This document shows, in pieces, positions 28,060 to 36,608 of a stretch of DNA of 64,000 bases. A model generated the notes under the pieces. It saw only the letters and a program-made list of their open reading frames with translations. It searched no databases and was not told the origin of the DNA. This DNA comes from Thermotogota bacterium (GTDB lineage Bacteria; Hydrothermota; Hydrothermia; LBFQ01): NCBI GenBank assembly GCA_013154295.1, contig JAADCS010000139.1, positions 7,107 through 71,106 on the forward strand, written 5' to 3'. The translations under genes and the position numbers were made by a program. Numbering within the stretch: the stretch's first letter is position 1; every line of letters starts with the position of its first letter.

Positions 28060-28689
28060 CTAAATTTTGAAGTCCTCTTGGGTTAAGCCCACGTTTATCT
28101 TTAAATTTTTGTATTTTACTGTTCTAACGATGCCCCCTCCGGAGTCGTAGTCGGTTACCATCAGCGGTAGATAGGTAGAAGCATCTATCCAATAACGGGC
28201 ACGAACCGCTCCATAGTTTTTGGTGGGATCAAGAGGCTGTTCAAGTATGAGAACCTTCCTTCCGAAAAGGGTACCCTCCGATACGAATTTAGCCTCGGAG
28301 TTCAAGCGAGAGACGAACCAGGGTATGTGACTTTCGTATATGCGATGCCCTACAGGAGAGCGAAGCCTGCGGTCGTCTGGTGAAAGCCAGAGCTTCAGGG
28401 GTCCCTTTTTGACCCTCACCTTCTTCTTGTCGGGATGATATACGGCTACACCCCCACGGTTAGGGCCCTTTATCACCTTCATGTATATGTAACCGGGTCG
28501 CATATACTTGTGAAGATAGAGCTTGTATTCCATCTTGCCATCCTTATAAGTCTTAGACTCCATCTGGGCCGTATAGTCCTTGAGGTTCTTTTCGGCCTCC
28601 TTTACCTTCGTAACCAGCTCCGGTCCTGTTAAGCTCAAAAGCACCACGTACAGCATAACGAGAATTTTAAAGGTGGAATTGGTTCCCAT
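28060..28689 (-). CDS. LolA-fold / outer-membrane lipoprotein-sorting-like protein
   Basis: Signal/anchor segment followed by a ~180-aa beta-rich domain (LYLHKYMRPGYIYMKVIKGPNRGGVAVYHPDKKKVRV) resembling DUF1571/LolA-like proteins. Weak call. Confidence 0.4.
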   Translation of the reverse strand: MGTNSTFKILVMLYVVLLSLTGPELVTKVKEAEKNLKDYTAQMESKTYKDGKMEYKLYLHKYMRPGYIYMKVIKGPNRGGVAVYHPDKKKVRVKKGPLKLWLSPDDRRLRSPVGHRIYESHIPWFVSRLNSEAKFVSEGTLFGRKVLILEQPLDPTKNYGAVRARYWIDASTYLPLMVTDYDSGGGIVRTVKYKNLKINVGLTQEDFKI

Positions 28690-28711
28690 GCTTGGGAAAG
28701 AGCTTCACTCT

Positions 28712-28717
28712 TAGAAT
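28712..28717 (+). promoter_or_regulatory. -10-like box TAGAAT, 7 nt upstream of ATG 28725
   Basis: CTCTTAGAAT context shared with the other boxes. Confidence 0.4.
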
Positions 28718-28724
28718 CCATGGT

Positions 28725-29012
28725 ATGAACGTTTATATGATCATTTTGATGCTCTCGGCATCGGTCTCTCTGTTGGCTTTGGCCGCCGCCGTTTGGTATC
28801 TCGTTATAAGGATATCCTATACTTTAGACAGGATGGCTAACGCCATGGAAAAGATTTCGGATGATGCGGAGGAAACCTTCCAGAACATAAACCGTCTTGC
28901 CCGTCGTGTGGATAACTTGATGGATCCCTTTGAGAGAATGATTCAGAGTATATCTCTACTCTCTGTTGCGGGTCGCTTGTTGGCTATTATCCTTTCTAAA
29001 AGGCGCCGGTAA
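28725..29012 (+). CDS. small membrane protein (DUF948-like: N-terminal TM plus coiled coil)
   Basis: MNVYMIILMLSASVSLLALAAAVWYLV followed by a helical region. ATG 28725 lies 7 nt after TAGAAT. The ORF-track start 28692 would abut the divergent gene. Confidence 0.5.
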   Translation: MNVYMIILMLSASVSLLALAAAVWYLVIRISYTLDRMANAMEKISDDAEETFQNINRLARRVDNLMDPFERMIQSISLLSVAGRLLAIILSKRRR

Positions 29013-29028
29013 GTAGGGTGGGCCTCCG

Positions 29029-29034
29029 TATAAT
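29029..29034 (+). promoter_or_regulatory. -10 box TATAAT, 9 nt upstream of acyl-CoA dehydrogenase ATG
   Basis: Consensus hexamer with no SD. Confidence 0.5.
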
Positions 29035-29043
29035 AGCGACCCT

Positions 29044-30219
29044 ATGCAGGATTTCTACCTTCTGGATGAGGAGCTGGCGCCGGAGGAGAGACAGATACGG
29101 GATGCCGTTAGGGAACTTGTCAAAAAGGAGATCCTTCCCCACATAGGTGAGTGGTGGATCAAGGGAGAGTTTCCCACCCATCTGATCAAAATATTTGGGG
29201 AGATGGGTCTTTTAGGTATAACCACACCCCCAGAATATGGAGGCCTCGGTTTGAGCAAAAGGGTCTATGGTATCGTAGCAAGAGAGCTGGAGTATGGCGA
29301 CTCCGGTATAAGATCTTTCGTCTCCGTTCAGAATTCGTTGGTGATGTATCCCATTTTAACGTTTGGCTCGGAGGAGCAGAAGAGGAAGTTTCTACCCAAA
29401 CTAGCCAGTGGAGAGTTGGTGGGCTGTTATGGCCTAACCGAGCCGGACGCCGGTTCCGATCCCGGTTCCATGAAAACGCGCGCCCATAGAGTCAGCGGTG
29501 GTTACGTTCTCAACGGCACAAAGATGTGGATCACCAACGGCTCCATATCCGACATCGCCATCGTGTGGGCCAAGGATGATGAAGGCGTGGTTAGAGGTTT
29601 TATAGTTGAGCGGGACTTCAAGGGATTCCGTACGCAGGATATAAAGACCAAGTTATCCTTAAGGGCTTCGGTAACCTCCGAACTTATCTTAGAGGACGTT
29701 TTCGTACCCGACTCCTACGTTCTACCTAAGGCCAAAGGTCTAAAAGCTCCTCTTATGTGTTTAACCCAGGCCCGTTACGGGATAGCGTGGGGAGCCGTCG
29801 GTGTAGGCATGGCCGTTTTGGAGGAAGCGTTGAGTTATTCCAGCGAACGGATCGTGTTCGGAAAGCCTCTAGCGGCCTTTCAGCTTACCCAGGAGAAGTT
29901 GGCAGATATGCTGGCAGACCTCACAAAAATCCAACTCATGGTCTTTCGCCTGGCCGAACTTATGGACTCTGGGAGAGCTACGTTCAGGCACGTTTCCTTA
30001 GCGAAGAGAGAAAGCGTTCGCACGGCTAAAAGGATGGCCGAGAAGGCAAGGGGAATCCTGGGAGCTAACGGAATAACTTATGAGTATCACTCCATGCGCC
30101 ACATGGCAAACATGGAGGCGGTTGAAACCTACGAGGGGACCTATGAGATTCACACTCTCATCTTAGGGGAATATCTAACCGGCATACCAGCCTATCGCTT
30201 GTGCCCGGACGAGAAATAA
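29044..30219 (+). CDS. acyl-CoA dehydrogenase (glutaryl-CoA dehydrogenase-like)
   Basis: GCYGLTEPDAGSDPGSM, WITNG, and C-terminal ETYEGTYEIHTLILGEYLTG. Confidence 0.85.
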   Translation: MQDFYLLDEELAPEERQIRDAVRELVKKEILPHIGEWWIKGEFPTHLIKIFGEMGLLGITTPPEYGGLGLSKRVYGIVARELEYGDSGIRSFVSVQNSLVMYPILTFGSEEQKRKFLPKLASGELVGCYGLTEPDAGSDPGSMKTRAHRVSGGYVLNGTKMWITNGSISDIAIVWAKDDEGVVRGFIVERDFKGFRTQDIKTKLSLRASVTSELILEDVFVPDSYVLPKAKGLKAPLMCLTQARYGIAWGAVGVGMAVLEEALSYSSERIVFGKPLAAFQLTQEKLADMLADLTKIQLMVFRLAELMDSGRATFRHVSLAKRESVRTAKRMAEKARGILGANGITYEYHSMRHMANMEAVETYEGTYEIHTLILGEYLTGIPAYRLCPDEK

Positions 30220-30229
30220 TCCGGGCGAT

Positions 30230-30487
30230 CTATTTGGCTTTAGGAAGGGGGTATTTGCCTTCTTTTCGCCGTTCTTTGTTAAGAGCGTTCCTGATTTGCT
30301 CGGAGTACTCTTCGGTCTTTTTAAGGGACTCTTTGAGCCGTTTCGCCTCCTGCCGTAGTTGGACAGTTTCCTTTCGTAGCTCCGCCACCTCCTTTTCCAA
30401 CTTTTCAAGTCTTTTCACATAGGAGGAAGGCACCGTAGCGCATCCCCAAAAGGAAAGAACTAACCCGAAAACCACTGATCTCCGCAT
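30230..30487 (-). CDS. small coiled-coil lipoprotein
   Basis: MRRSVVFGLVLSFWGC lipobox when started at ATG 30487, which lies 7 nt after TAGAAT. The remainder is a K/E-rich coiled coil. Confidence 0.55.
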   Translation of the reverse strand: MRRSVVFGLVLSFWGCATVPSSYVKRLEKLEKEVAELRKETVQLRQEAKRLKESLKKTEEYSEQIRNALNKERRKEGKYPLPKAK

Positions 30488-30494
30488 ACTCCCC

Positions 30495-30500
30495 ATTCTA
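30495..30500 (-). promoter_or_regulatory. -10-like box TAGAAT, 7 nt upstream of lipoprotein ATG 30487
   Basis: CACCCTTAGAAT on the minus strand. Confidence 0.4.
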
Positions 30501-30550
30501 AGGGTGCTTTGGGATGCGACTTTGATATAATACGCCTACCTTTTCACCCT

Positions 30551-30556
30551 TAAAAT
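30551..30556 (+). promoter_or_regulatory. -10-like box TAAAAT, 8 nt upstream of clpB ATG 30565
   Basis: CACCCTTAAAAT. A second candidate, TGATATAAT (extended -10, 30523-30531), lies 25 nt further upstream. Confidence 0.4.
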
Positions 30557-30564
30557 TGCAACTT

Positions 30565-33500
30565 ATGGATTGGAAAGGCAAACCTTTGAGCAAGGGCCTT
30601 GAAAACTACCTGCGAAAGGCCAAGGAGATTGCCAGAAAGCGAGGCGAATTCTACGTCGATAGCGATCACCTGCTGGCGGCTCTGTTTTCGGACAGAGAGG
30701 GTCCCTTCGCCAAGTATTTAGAAAAGAGAGGTATCCCCTATGAAGCCGCCAAAAACGAGGTTGATAGAGTTCTAGAACAGGCATGGAGCCAGCTGGATCA
30801 GGTTGAAAACTCGTACTATGACACCCTTCACAAATTGGCTAACCGCCTCTCAGCGGATTATGGCGTAGATGTCAAACCCTTCCTGGCCCAGGTGATACGT
30901 GCCGCTGCCCAGCCAAAGAGAGATGAGAGGATGGTGCGGGTGAGGGTGCGCCGTTGGGCGCCGTCCCTCGAGGATGAGTGGGAGAAGCTGCTTAGGGAGT
31001 TTTTCGGTGAGAGTTTCGGGGGTCTCTTTTCAGGTAGACGCTGGTCCTACACCGAGGATTATGTATCCCTTCCGGAAAGCCTCTATAACGACCTTCGCGG
31101 CAAGGTAAGTGATAGTCTGTTAGCCGAGTTAGCTGACATATACGATAAGTTCTCCGGTGCCTTCGCTAATCTTCTCCAGAGTGGCTTCGATCCCCGGAGA
31201 ATAGCCCGATCTATCTTAAAGAGGATGGGTGTGGAGGCCGAAGCCGAGCCGGTCTGGTCCTACTATGTGGAGGGTGCTTTAAATCGGGCCTCCGAAAAGG
31301 ATAAAGGAACCATAGACACGGCGGATCTTTTGGAGGCCCTAATGGGTAATGGAAGTTTCGCCGGTAACATCCTCAATCAACTGTTAAGCGTCAAAGTTCC
31401 AGAAGGAGGTAAAGGTATGAACAGGATGGAAGATCTAAGGGAAGAGGAAAAGAGCGCCCTTGAGCGTTTCACAACCGATCTAACCAAACTGGCGGAGGAG
31501 GGCAAACTGGATCCCGTAGTCGGTCGTGATCGTGAGATACAACAGGTTATAGAGGTTCTCCTGCGCCGCAGCAAGAACAACCCGGTCCTCATAGGTGAGG
31601 CCGGAGTGGGTAAGACGGCCATAGTTGAGGGGTTGGCCCAACGGATAGTCAAGGGAGAGGTACCCGAGGGTTTAAAGGGTAAGAAGATCCTTTCGTTGGA
31701 CACCGGGTCTCTCATAGCTGGTACCCGCTACAGAGGAGATTTTGAGGAGCGACTGAAGAAGTTAGTTGAGGAGCTGAAAAACAGAGATGATGTTATACTC
31801 TTCATAGACGAGATCCACAACATAGTCGGAGCCGGCAAGGCCGAGGGAGCACCTGCCGACGCCGCCAACCTCCTCAAGCCCGCTCTGGCCCGCGGTGAGA
31901 TACAGGTGATAGGGGCCACAACTGCTGACGAGTACCGCAAACACATAGAGAAGGATGCCGCTCTAGAACGTCGTCTCCAACCCATATGGGTGGATGAACC
32001 GGATCCCGAAAAGGCCCTTCTGATGGTGAAAGCTGTGAGGCCTAAGCTTGAGAAGCACCACAGCGTAGAAATAAGCGATGACGCCCTTGAGGCAGCAGTA
32101 AAGCTCACCCACAGGTATATGCCCGATCGTCGCCTCCCCGACAAGGCCATAGACGTATTAGATCAAGCCGCTGCCCGCAAGAAGTTGAAGATAACTTCCC
32201 CAGCTCTCTTTGAAAAGGAAGTACAGGAGAAGATAGCCGAGTTGCAGGCGGAGTTGGAGAGAGCCAAACTCCGTGGGGATGAAGCTGCAGCCAAGCAGAT
32301 CCAGCAACACATAGAGAGTTTGAAAAAGCAGGTTGAAGGCGTGAAGAAGGAGGGCGAGGATCTCTCTTCGCTAAAGAAGAAGATAGAGGAGTTGGAGAAA
32401 GAAGTGAAGAAGTTGGAGGAAGAGGGTAAAATTGAGGAATGGGAAAAGAAGAACGCCGAACTCCTCAAACTCAAGAAGAAGTATCTTGAGGCCCAAAGAA
32501 AGGAGGGTAAGGCCAAGATCGTGATAACGGCTGAAGACGTGGCCGAGGTGGTCTCCAACATCACCGGAATACCTCTATCCAAATTGGTTGAGGAAGAGAA
32601 AGAGAAACTCCTTAAGCTGGAGGAAGAGATACATAAGAGGATAGTAGATCAAGAGGAAGCCGTTAAAAAGGTGGCCGAGGCCATACGGAGAGCGAGAGCC
32701 GGTGTGTCCGATCCTAAACGTCCCTTGGGTTCCTTCCTCTTTTTGGGGCCCACAGGTGTGGGTAAGACGGAGTTAGCCAAAGCTCTAGCGGAGGTTCTCT
32801 TCGGGGACGAGGATGCCCTAATACGTCTGGATATGTCTGAGTTCAAGGAGGAGCATTCAGTAGCAAAACTCATAGGTGCTCCTCCAGGATACGTGGGGTA
32901 CGAGGAGGGAGGCAAGCTCACGGAGGCCGTCCGTCGCAAGCCTTACTCTGTCTTATTACTTGACGAGATAGAGAAAGCCCACCCGCGGGTCTTTGACCTC
33001 TTCTTGCAGGTATTGGATGACGGTCGTCTGACTGACTCACAGGGTCGCACGGTTTCCTTCCGCAACACTGTGATAATCATGACCAGCAACTTAGGGGCTG
33101 AGTACATCCGTGAGGTGGCGGATCGTTTCAACAGGGCTTACCAGAACCTCGACAAGAACGACCCCGACTTCACGAAGAAGGTAAAGGAGTTGGAAGCGGA
33201 GTTTGAAAAGGACTTCGAAAAGGCTAAGCAGAAAGTCCTGGAACTGGTGCGTTCCTACTTCCGTCCGGAGTTCCTCAACCGTATAGATGAGATCGTCGTT
33301 TTCAAACCTCTGCGTTGGGACCACGTCCTTCAGATAGCTCGTCTCCTCATAGAGAAACTCAACAAACGCTTAGCCGATAAAGGTATCAGGGTGGAGTTGG
33401 ACGACAAGGCCTATGAGCTGTTGGTAAAGAAAGGCTTCGATCCGCTCCTTGGTGCTAGACCTCTTCGTCGCGTCATCCAAAGGGAAATAGAGAATAAACT

Positions 33501-33588
33501 CTCCGAACTCATAATCGCCGGAAAGGTTAAGGAAGGTGATACGGTTAAGATCACGGCCGAAGGGGAGGAATTCGTCTTTCAGGTATGA
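30565..33588 (+). CDS. clpB: ClpB-type AAA+ disaggregase with enlarged, split N-domain
   Basis: NBD1 GEAGVGKTA / ILFIDEIH. A ~115-aa coiled-coil M-domain. NBD2 GPTGVGKTE / [10 protein letters not shown]. Two Clp_N repeats (SDHLLAALF and [10 protein letters not shown]) are separated by ~150 extra aa. Confidence 0.9.
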   Translation: MDWKGKPLSKGLENYLRKAKEIARKRGEFYVDSDHLLAALFSDREGPFAKYLEKRGIPYEAAKNEVDRVLEQAWSQLDQVENSYYDTLHKLANRLSADYGVDVKPFLAQVIRAAAQPKRDERMVRVRVRRWAPSLEDEWEKLLREFFGESFGGLFSGRRWSYTEDYVSLPESLYNDLRGKVSDSLLAELADIYDKFSGAFANLLQSGFDPRRIARSILKRMGVEAEAEPVWSYYVEGALNRASEKDKGTIDTADLLEALMGNGSFAGNILNQLLSVKVPEGGKGMNRMEDLREEEKSALERFTTDLTKLAEEGKLDPVVGRDREIQQVIEVLLRRSKNNPVLIGEAGVGKTAIVEGLAQRIVKGEVPEGLKGKKILSLDTGSLIAGTRYRGDFEERLKKLVEELKNRDDVILFIDEIHNIVGAGKAEGAPADAANLLKPALARGEIQVIGATTADEYRKHIEKDAALERRLQPIWVDEPDPEKALLMVKAVRPKLEKHHSVEISDDALEAAVKLTHRYMPDRRLPDKAIDVLDQAAARKKLKITSPALFEKEVQEKIAELQAELERAKLRGDEAAAKQIQQHIESLKKQVEGVKKEGEDLSSLKKKIEELEKEVKKLEEEGKIEEWEKKNAELLKLKKKYLEAQRKEGKAKIVITAEDVAEVVSNITGIPLSKLVEEEKEKLLKLEEEIHKRIVDQEEAVKKVAEAIRRARAGVSDPKRPLGSFLFLGPTGVGKTELAKALAEVLFGDEDALIRLDMSEFKEEHSVAKLIGAPPGYVGYEEGGKLTEAVRRKPYSVLLLDEIEKAHPRVFDLFLQVLDDGRLTDSQGRTVSFRNTVIIMTSNLGAEYIREVADRFNRAYQNLDKNDPDFTKKVKELEAEFEKDFEKAKQKVLELVRSYFRPEFLNRIDEIVVFKPLRWDHVLQIARLLIEKLNKRLADKGIRVELDDKAYELLVKKGFDPLLGARPLRRVIQREIENKLSELIIAGKVKEGDTVKITAEGEEFVFQV

Positions 33589-33607
33589 ACTTCGCGCATA
33601 GGTAGGT

Positions 33608-33637
33608 AAAAAGGGGGCCATACGGCCCCCCTTTTTT
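33608..33637. terminator. rho-independent (bidirectional) terminator after clpB
   Basis: AAAAA-GGGGGCC-ATAC-GGCCCCC-C-TTTTTT: a 7-bp GC stem and 4-nt loop, with A-run and T-run flanks. Confidence 0.8.
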
Positions 33638-33743
33638 AAGTTCAGAGATGAAGGGAGACGAATAGACTGCCCACACAAATGTCCTTTTGGGCATGCAGCC
33701 CCCTTTCAAGGTGGTCGTTCTCTACCGAGCCAAGGTGGGGAGT

Positions 33744-33781
33744 GGTATCACTCTGAGGCTATTTGGCCTCACAGTGAAACC
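33744..33781 (+). repeat. 38-nt palindromic GTTTC...GAAAC repeat, copy B
   Basis: GGTATCACTCTGAGGCTATTTGGCCTCACAGTGAAACC, 33/38 identical to C1. Its substitutions lengthen the inner stem (TGAGGC/GCCTCA). Confidence 0.8.
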
Positions 33782-33831
33782 AATTATTCACCATCGTTTC
33801 AGCAGGTGAAGTATGGTTTGGTTAACGAGTG

Positions 33832-34488
33832 TTACGCTAGGGTATCCCTTAAGTTTGAAACGGCACGATACAGCCTATCCAGGATCTCATCCCTACTTTC
33901 CTTTCCAGAGAAACGGATGGGTTCCCCTATCACCACATCAACGAAGAGAGGTAGAGGAAGGAAATGTCCTTTTGGAAGAACTTTCCAAGTGTTGTTTATA
34001 AAAATAGGAATGATAGTTACGTAGGGCTTCCTCCTTATCAGGTGGGCCACACCACCTTTGAACGGACCAAGGCCCTCCCCGTAAGAGCGGGTTCCCTCCG
34101 GGTAAATTATCAAGGAATAGCCTTCATCCAAAGCCCTTTCCATTATCTGTAGGGGGTTGTTGTGAAGAGAGGGTCGCCGGGGTATGGGAAGAATGTTAAA
34201 GAGAAAGGAAACTATAGCGTATACGAGGCGATTCCTGGTCCAGTAGTCCGCCGCTGCTACAGGCCTAACTTCCTTCAAGCGTCGCAGAGGGATCAGGGAA
34301 AGGAGTACAAGGGTATCAACGTGACTGGCGTGGTTGGAAACTATTACGAACTGCCCTTCGGAGAGCCTTAACTCCCCCACCCTCCTGACTCCTATGAACA
34401 GGACTATGAGAGGTCTTATAAAGAGGGCGAATAGGAGCTCTCTCACCATTCCATGAAGTACCAGAAGAGTCCGTAAAACACCATCCAC
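33832..34488 (-). CDS. plsC: 1-acyl-sn-glycerol-3-phosphate acyltransferase
   Basis: VSNHASHVDTLVL (HX4D block), IYPEGTRS, and the PIFI block. ATG 34449 (ATGGTGA overlap with the upstream stop) is an alternative start. Confidence 0.85.
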   Translation of the reverse strand: MDGVLRTLLVLHGMVRELLFALFIRPLIVLFIGVRRVGELRLSEGQFVIVSNHASHVDTLVLLSLIPLRRLKEVRPVAAADYWTRNRLVYAIVSFLFNILPIPRRPSLHNNPLQIMERALDEGYSLIIYPEGTRSYGEGLGPFKGGVAHLIRRKPYVTIIPIFINNTWKVLPKGHFLPLPLFVDVVIGEPIRFSGKESRDEILDRLYRAVSNLRDTLA

Positions 34489-34964
34489 CCCGCGGCGAGT
34501 AGAGGCATGTGGATCCTACGGGGGACTATGCGCGCCAGAAAGCCCACCCCGACACTCACTATGGCAAACCGCATGAGTCTCGCCGGGAAGCTCAAAAGGA
34601 GGAATGTCGAGAGATCGTAGCGTGAGGCTCCCAATACGGAGGCATAGACCTTGTAGGGAACACCGGAGAAAGCCCCTTTAAACATGGCCCAAGCGCCCAT
34701 ATGGGAGACATCCTCCATAACTCGCTCTATCATACCCCAGGAGATGGCGGGGATTCTCTCAACTACCCCCAGCGTGGCTTCTGGGTGAATTAAGGCAGAG
34801 AGGTACATCAGAAAGCCACCGATCACAGCTCCCATAGTGGCGTATACGGAACCTATAAGAGCCCTCTTAATTCCCCTCGTAGCCAGAAAGCTGATGGGAA
34901 CGTCGGGAACCACAAAAAAGAGTGTCGCCTCGGCGAAACCCCATAGGAAGAGGATAACCCCCAT
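34443..34964 (-). CDS. YqaA/DedA-like (SNARE-associated domain) membrane protein
   Basis: 173 aa, 4-5 TM. FAEATLFFVVPDVPISFL resembles the YqaA N-terminal motif. Confidence 0.4.
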   Translation of the reverse strand: MGVILFLWGFAEATLFFVVPDVPISFLATRGIKRALIGSVYATMGAVIGGFLMYLSALIHPEATLGVVERIPAISWGMIERVMEDVSHMGAWAMFKGAFSGVPYKVYASVLGASRYDLSTFLLLSFPARLMRFAIVSVGVGFLARIVPRRIHMPLLAAGWMVFYGLFWYFMEW

Positions 34965-35956
34965 CAGCTCTTAGTCCCCGTTATTAATAGGTAGTGACCG
35001 TGAAAGTACGCGATGTAGTGGAAGTAAATGGGAGCGGCCCAGCAGAGGGAATCTATGCGGTCTATGATACCGCCGTGTCCAGGCAGTATATAGCCAAAGT
35101 CCTTCTTCCCAAGGTCCCTCTTGACAGCTGACATCACACCCCCTCCCACGAAACCCAGGGTAGTTATGAGGAAGGATACGATCACGCTCTCAAGAGGAGA
35201 GAAAGGCGTTAGAAATCTGAAGAGATAGCCTAAAAGTACGGCCACGATTACACCGCCGATCAAACCCTCCCACGTTTTCCCGGGGCTTATTGAAGGCCAC
35301 ACTCTGTGTCTGCCAAGGAGCTTACCAAAGATGTACTGGAAGACGTCGCTCATTTCAACTACGAAGATCAAAAACATCATGAGGGTGAGGCCGTTGTAAG
35401 GGGCATGAGGGTCGTAAAGATGGCGGAGGTTTACCAGATAGGCCATGTGGCTAACGCCGTAGACGAAGGCCATCAGTCCCCAGTGTATTCGACTGGCGGA
35501 TGCCGTAAAACCCCTGGGGTTTTTCGCCATAAGTAGGAAGAAAGGAACGCTAAGGAAACCGTAGACAGGTATGAATATTAGGAACATGACGTACCATTCT
35601 GTCCATACCCACAGGTAGTTTAGGGGAAGGACTATGAAGAAGGCTACGAAAAGGGCCAGTCTGTCCTCCGGTCTTATCTTTATAGCCGTGAAGTATTCCT
35701 TGAGGGCCCAGAAACTCATTAAGGCAAACAGTAGTATGCTACCCTTAGGGTGGATATTGATCACCACTACCTGAACTAAGACCATAAGCCACCACGCCTT
35801 CACCCTCGCCTTCAGATCTTCGTAGAGATCCTTAGGTAGCACAGGCTTCAGCAGGTAGGTCAAAAGGGTGGCCAAAACCAGAACACCAAAGATAAAAAGG
35901 AGGAGCAGTCTCGCCCCCTCCGGTAATCTCATGAGAGTTCCCGCAATATCCACCAT
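34964..35956 (-). CDS. cdsA: phosphatidate cytidylyltransferase (CDP-diglyceride synthase)
   Basis: SDVFQYIFGKLLGRHRVWPSISPGKTWEG and SAVKRDLGKKDFGYILPGHGGIIDRIDS (CdsA signature). ATG 35932 (ATGA overlap) is an alternative start. Confidence 0.9.
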   Translation of the reverse strand: MVDIAGTLMRLPEGARLLLLFIFGVLVLATLLTYLLKPVLPKDLYEDLKARVKAWWLMVLVQVVVINIHPKGSILLFALMSFWALKEYFTAIKIRPEDRLALFVAFFIVLPLNYLWVWTEWYVMFLIFIPVYGFLSVPFFLLMAKNPRGFTASASRIHWGLMAFVYGVSHMAYLVNLRHLYDPHAPYNGLTLMMFLIFVVEMSDVFQYIFGKLLGRHRVWPSISPGKTWEGLIGGVIVAVLLGYLFRFLTPFSPLESVIVSFLITTLGFVGGGVMSAVKRDLGKKDFGYILPGHGGIIDRIDSLCWAAPIYFHYIAYFHGHYLLITGTKS

Positions 35957-36528
35957 GTTCTCTGCACCACTGTTATGAAAGTGCCGGCCGCAAGAACGAT
36001 AAGAACGTACTTGGCTACAGGGAAATCCCTAACGAAGGCGGCCAAAGGGGAGGTGAGGATCAGGGCCCACATTCTCACGGGTTTGGACATCACTCCACCG
36101 TAGTGCATGCGGGAACCAGCTACTTTGCCGGCTAACCTAACGGATGCCGTCAGGAGAGCTCCCACGCATGCCAGTAAGCCCCAAAAGGGGGAGGAACCGT
36201 AAGCGTAGCCATAGCCTATGAGCATAAAGACGTCCGCTACTCTGTCGGTGAAGTCGTTCAGAAAAGCCCCGGTCGGAGTGAGTTTGCCCGTCCTGTGGGC
36301 TATCATCCCGTCAAAGATGTTGAAGGCCGAGCGCAGGAAAACAGCTATGGCTCCTGCCAAGAACATCAAGGGGTTAAAGATGGTGAGGTAGAAGAGGAAA
36401 CCGGAGAGTACCCCAAAGAGCATCCCCACCGCAGAGGCGACGTTGGCAGAAACTCCCCATCTTATTAAGGTATTCACCGCCCAGAGGGTTAATTTCCATC
36501 TTCTTCCTGGAACTCTGCGGCGTTCCAT
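35929..36528 (-). CDS. CDP-alcohol phosphatidyltransferase
   Basis: DGMIAHRTGKLTPTGAFLNDFTDRVAD fits D-G-x2-A-R/H-x8-G-x3-D-x3-D. Head group not assignable. Confidence 0.8.
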   Translation of the reverse strand: MERRRVPGRRWKLTLWAVNTLIRWGVSANVASAVGMLFGVLSGFLFYLTIFNPLMFLAGAIAVFLRSAFNIFDGMIAHRTGKLTPTGAFLNDFTDRVADVFMLIGYGYAYGSSPFWGLLACVGALLTASVRLAGKVAGSRMHYGGVMSKPVRMWALILTSPLAAFVRDFPVAKYVLIVLAAGTFITVVQRTWWILRELS

Positions 36529-36593
36529 GCTCCCATTTTAAAGGGGAGTTTCAACCTTCCACCCGTTTTCCCTATATACGCACGTTTCACCGC

Positions 36594-36599
36594 TATAAT
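36594..36599 (+). promoter_or_regulatory. -10 box TATAAT, 9 nt upstream of secD ATG
   Basis: Consensus hexamer with no SD. Confidence 0.5.
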
Positions 36600-36608
36600 G
36601 CACGGCTC

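Noticed and set aside
30523-30531. Extended -10 (TGATATAAT) as the clpB promoter
   Set aside because: It is plausible, but it is 33 nt from ATG 30565 with no SD in between. The TAAAAT box at 30551-30556 fits the window-wide 6-12 nt spacing better. The two cannot be distinguished without TSS data.
31377-32582. Several 112-140-aa minus-strand ORFs inside clpB
   Set aside because: S/R-rich antisense shadows of the K/E-rich coiled-coil region of clpB.
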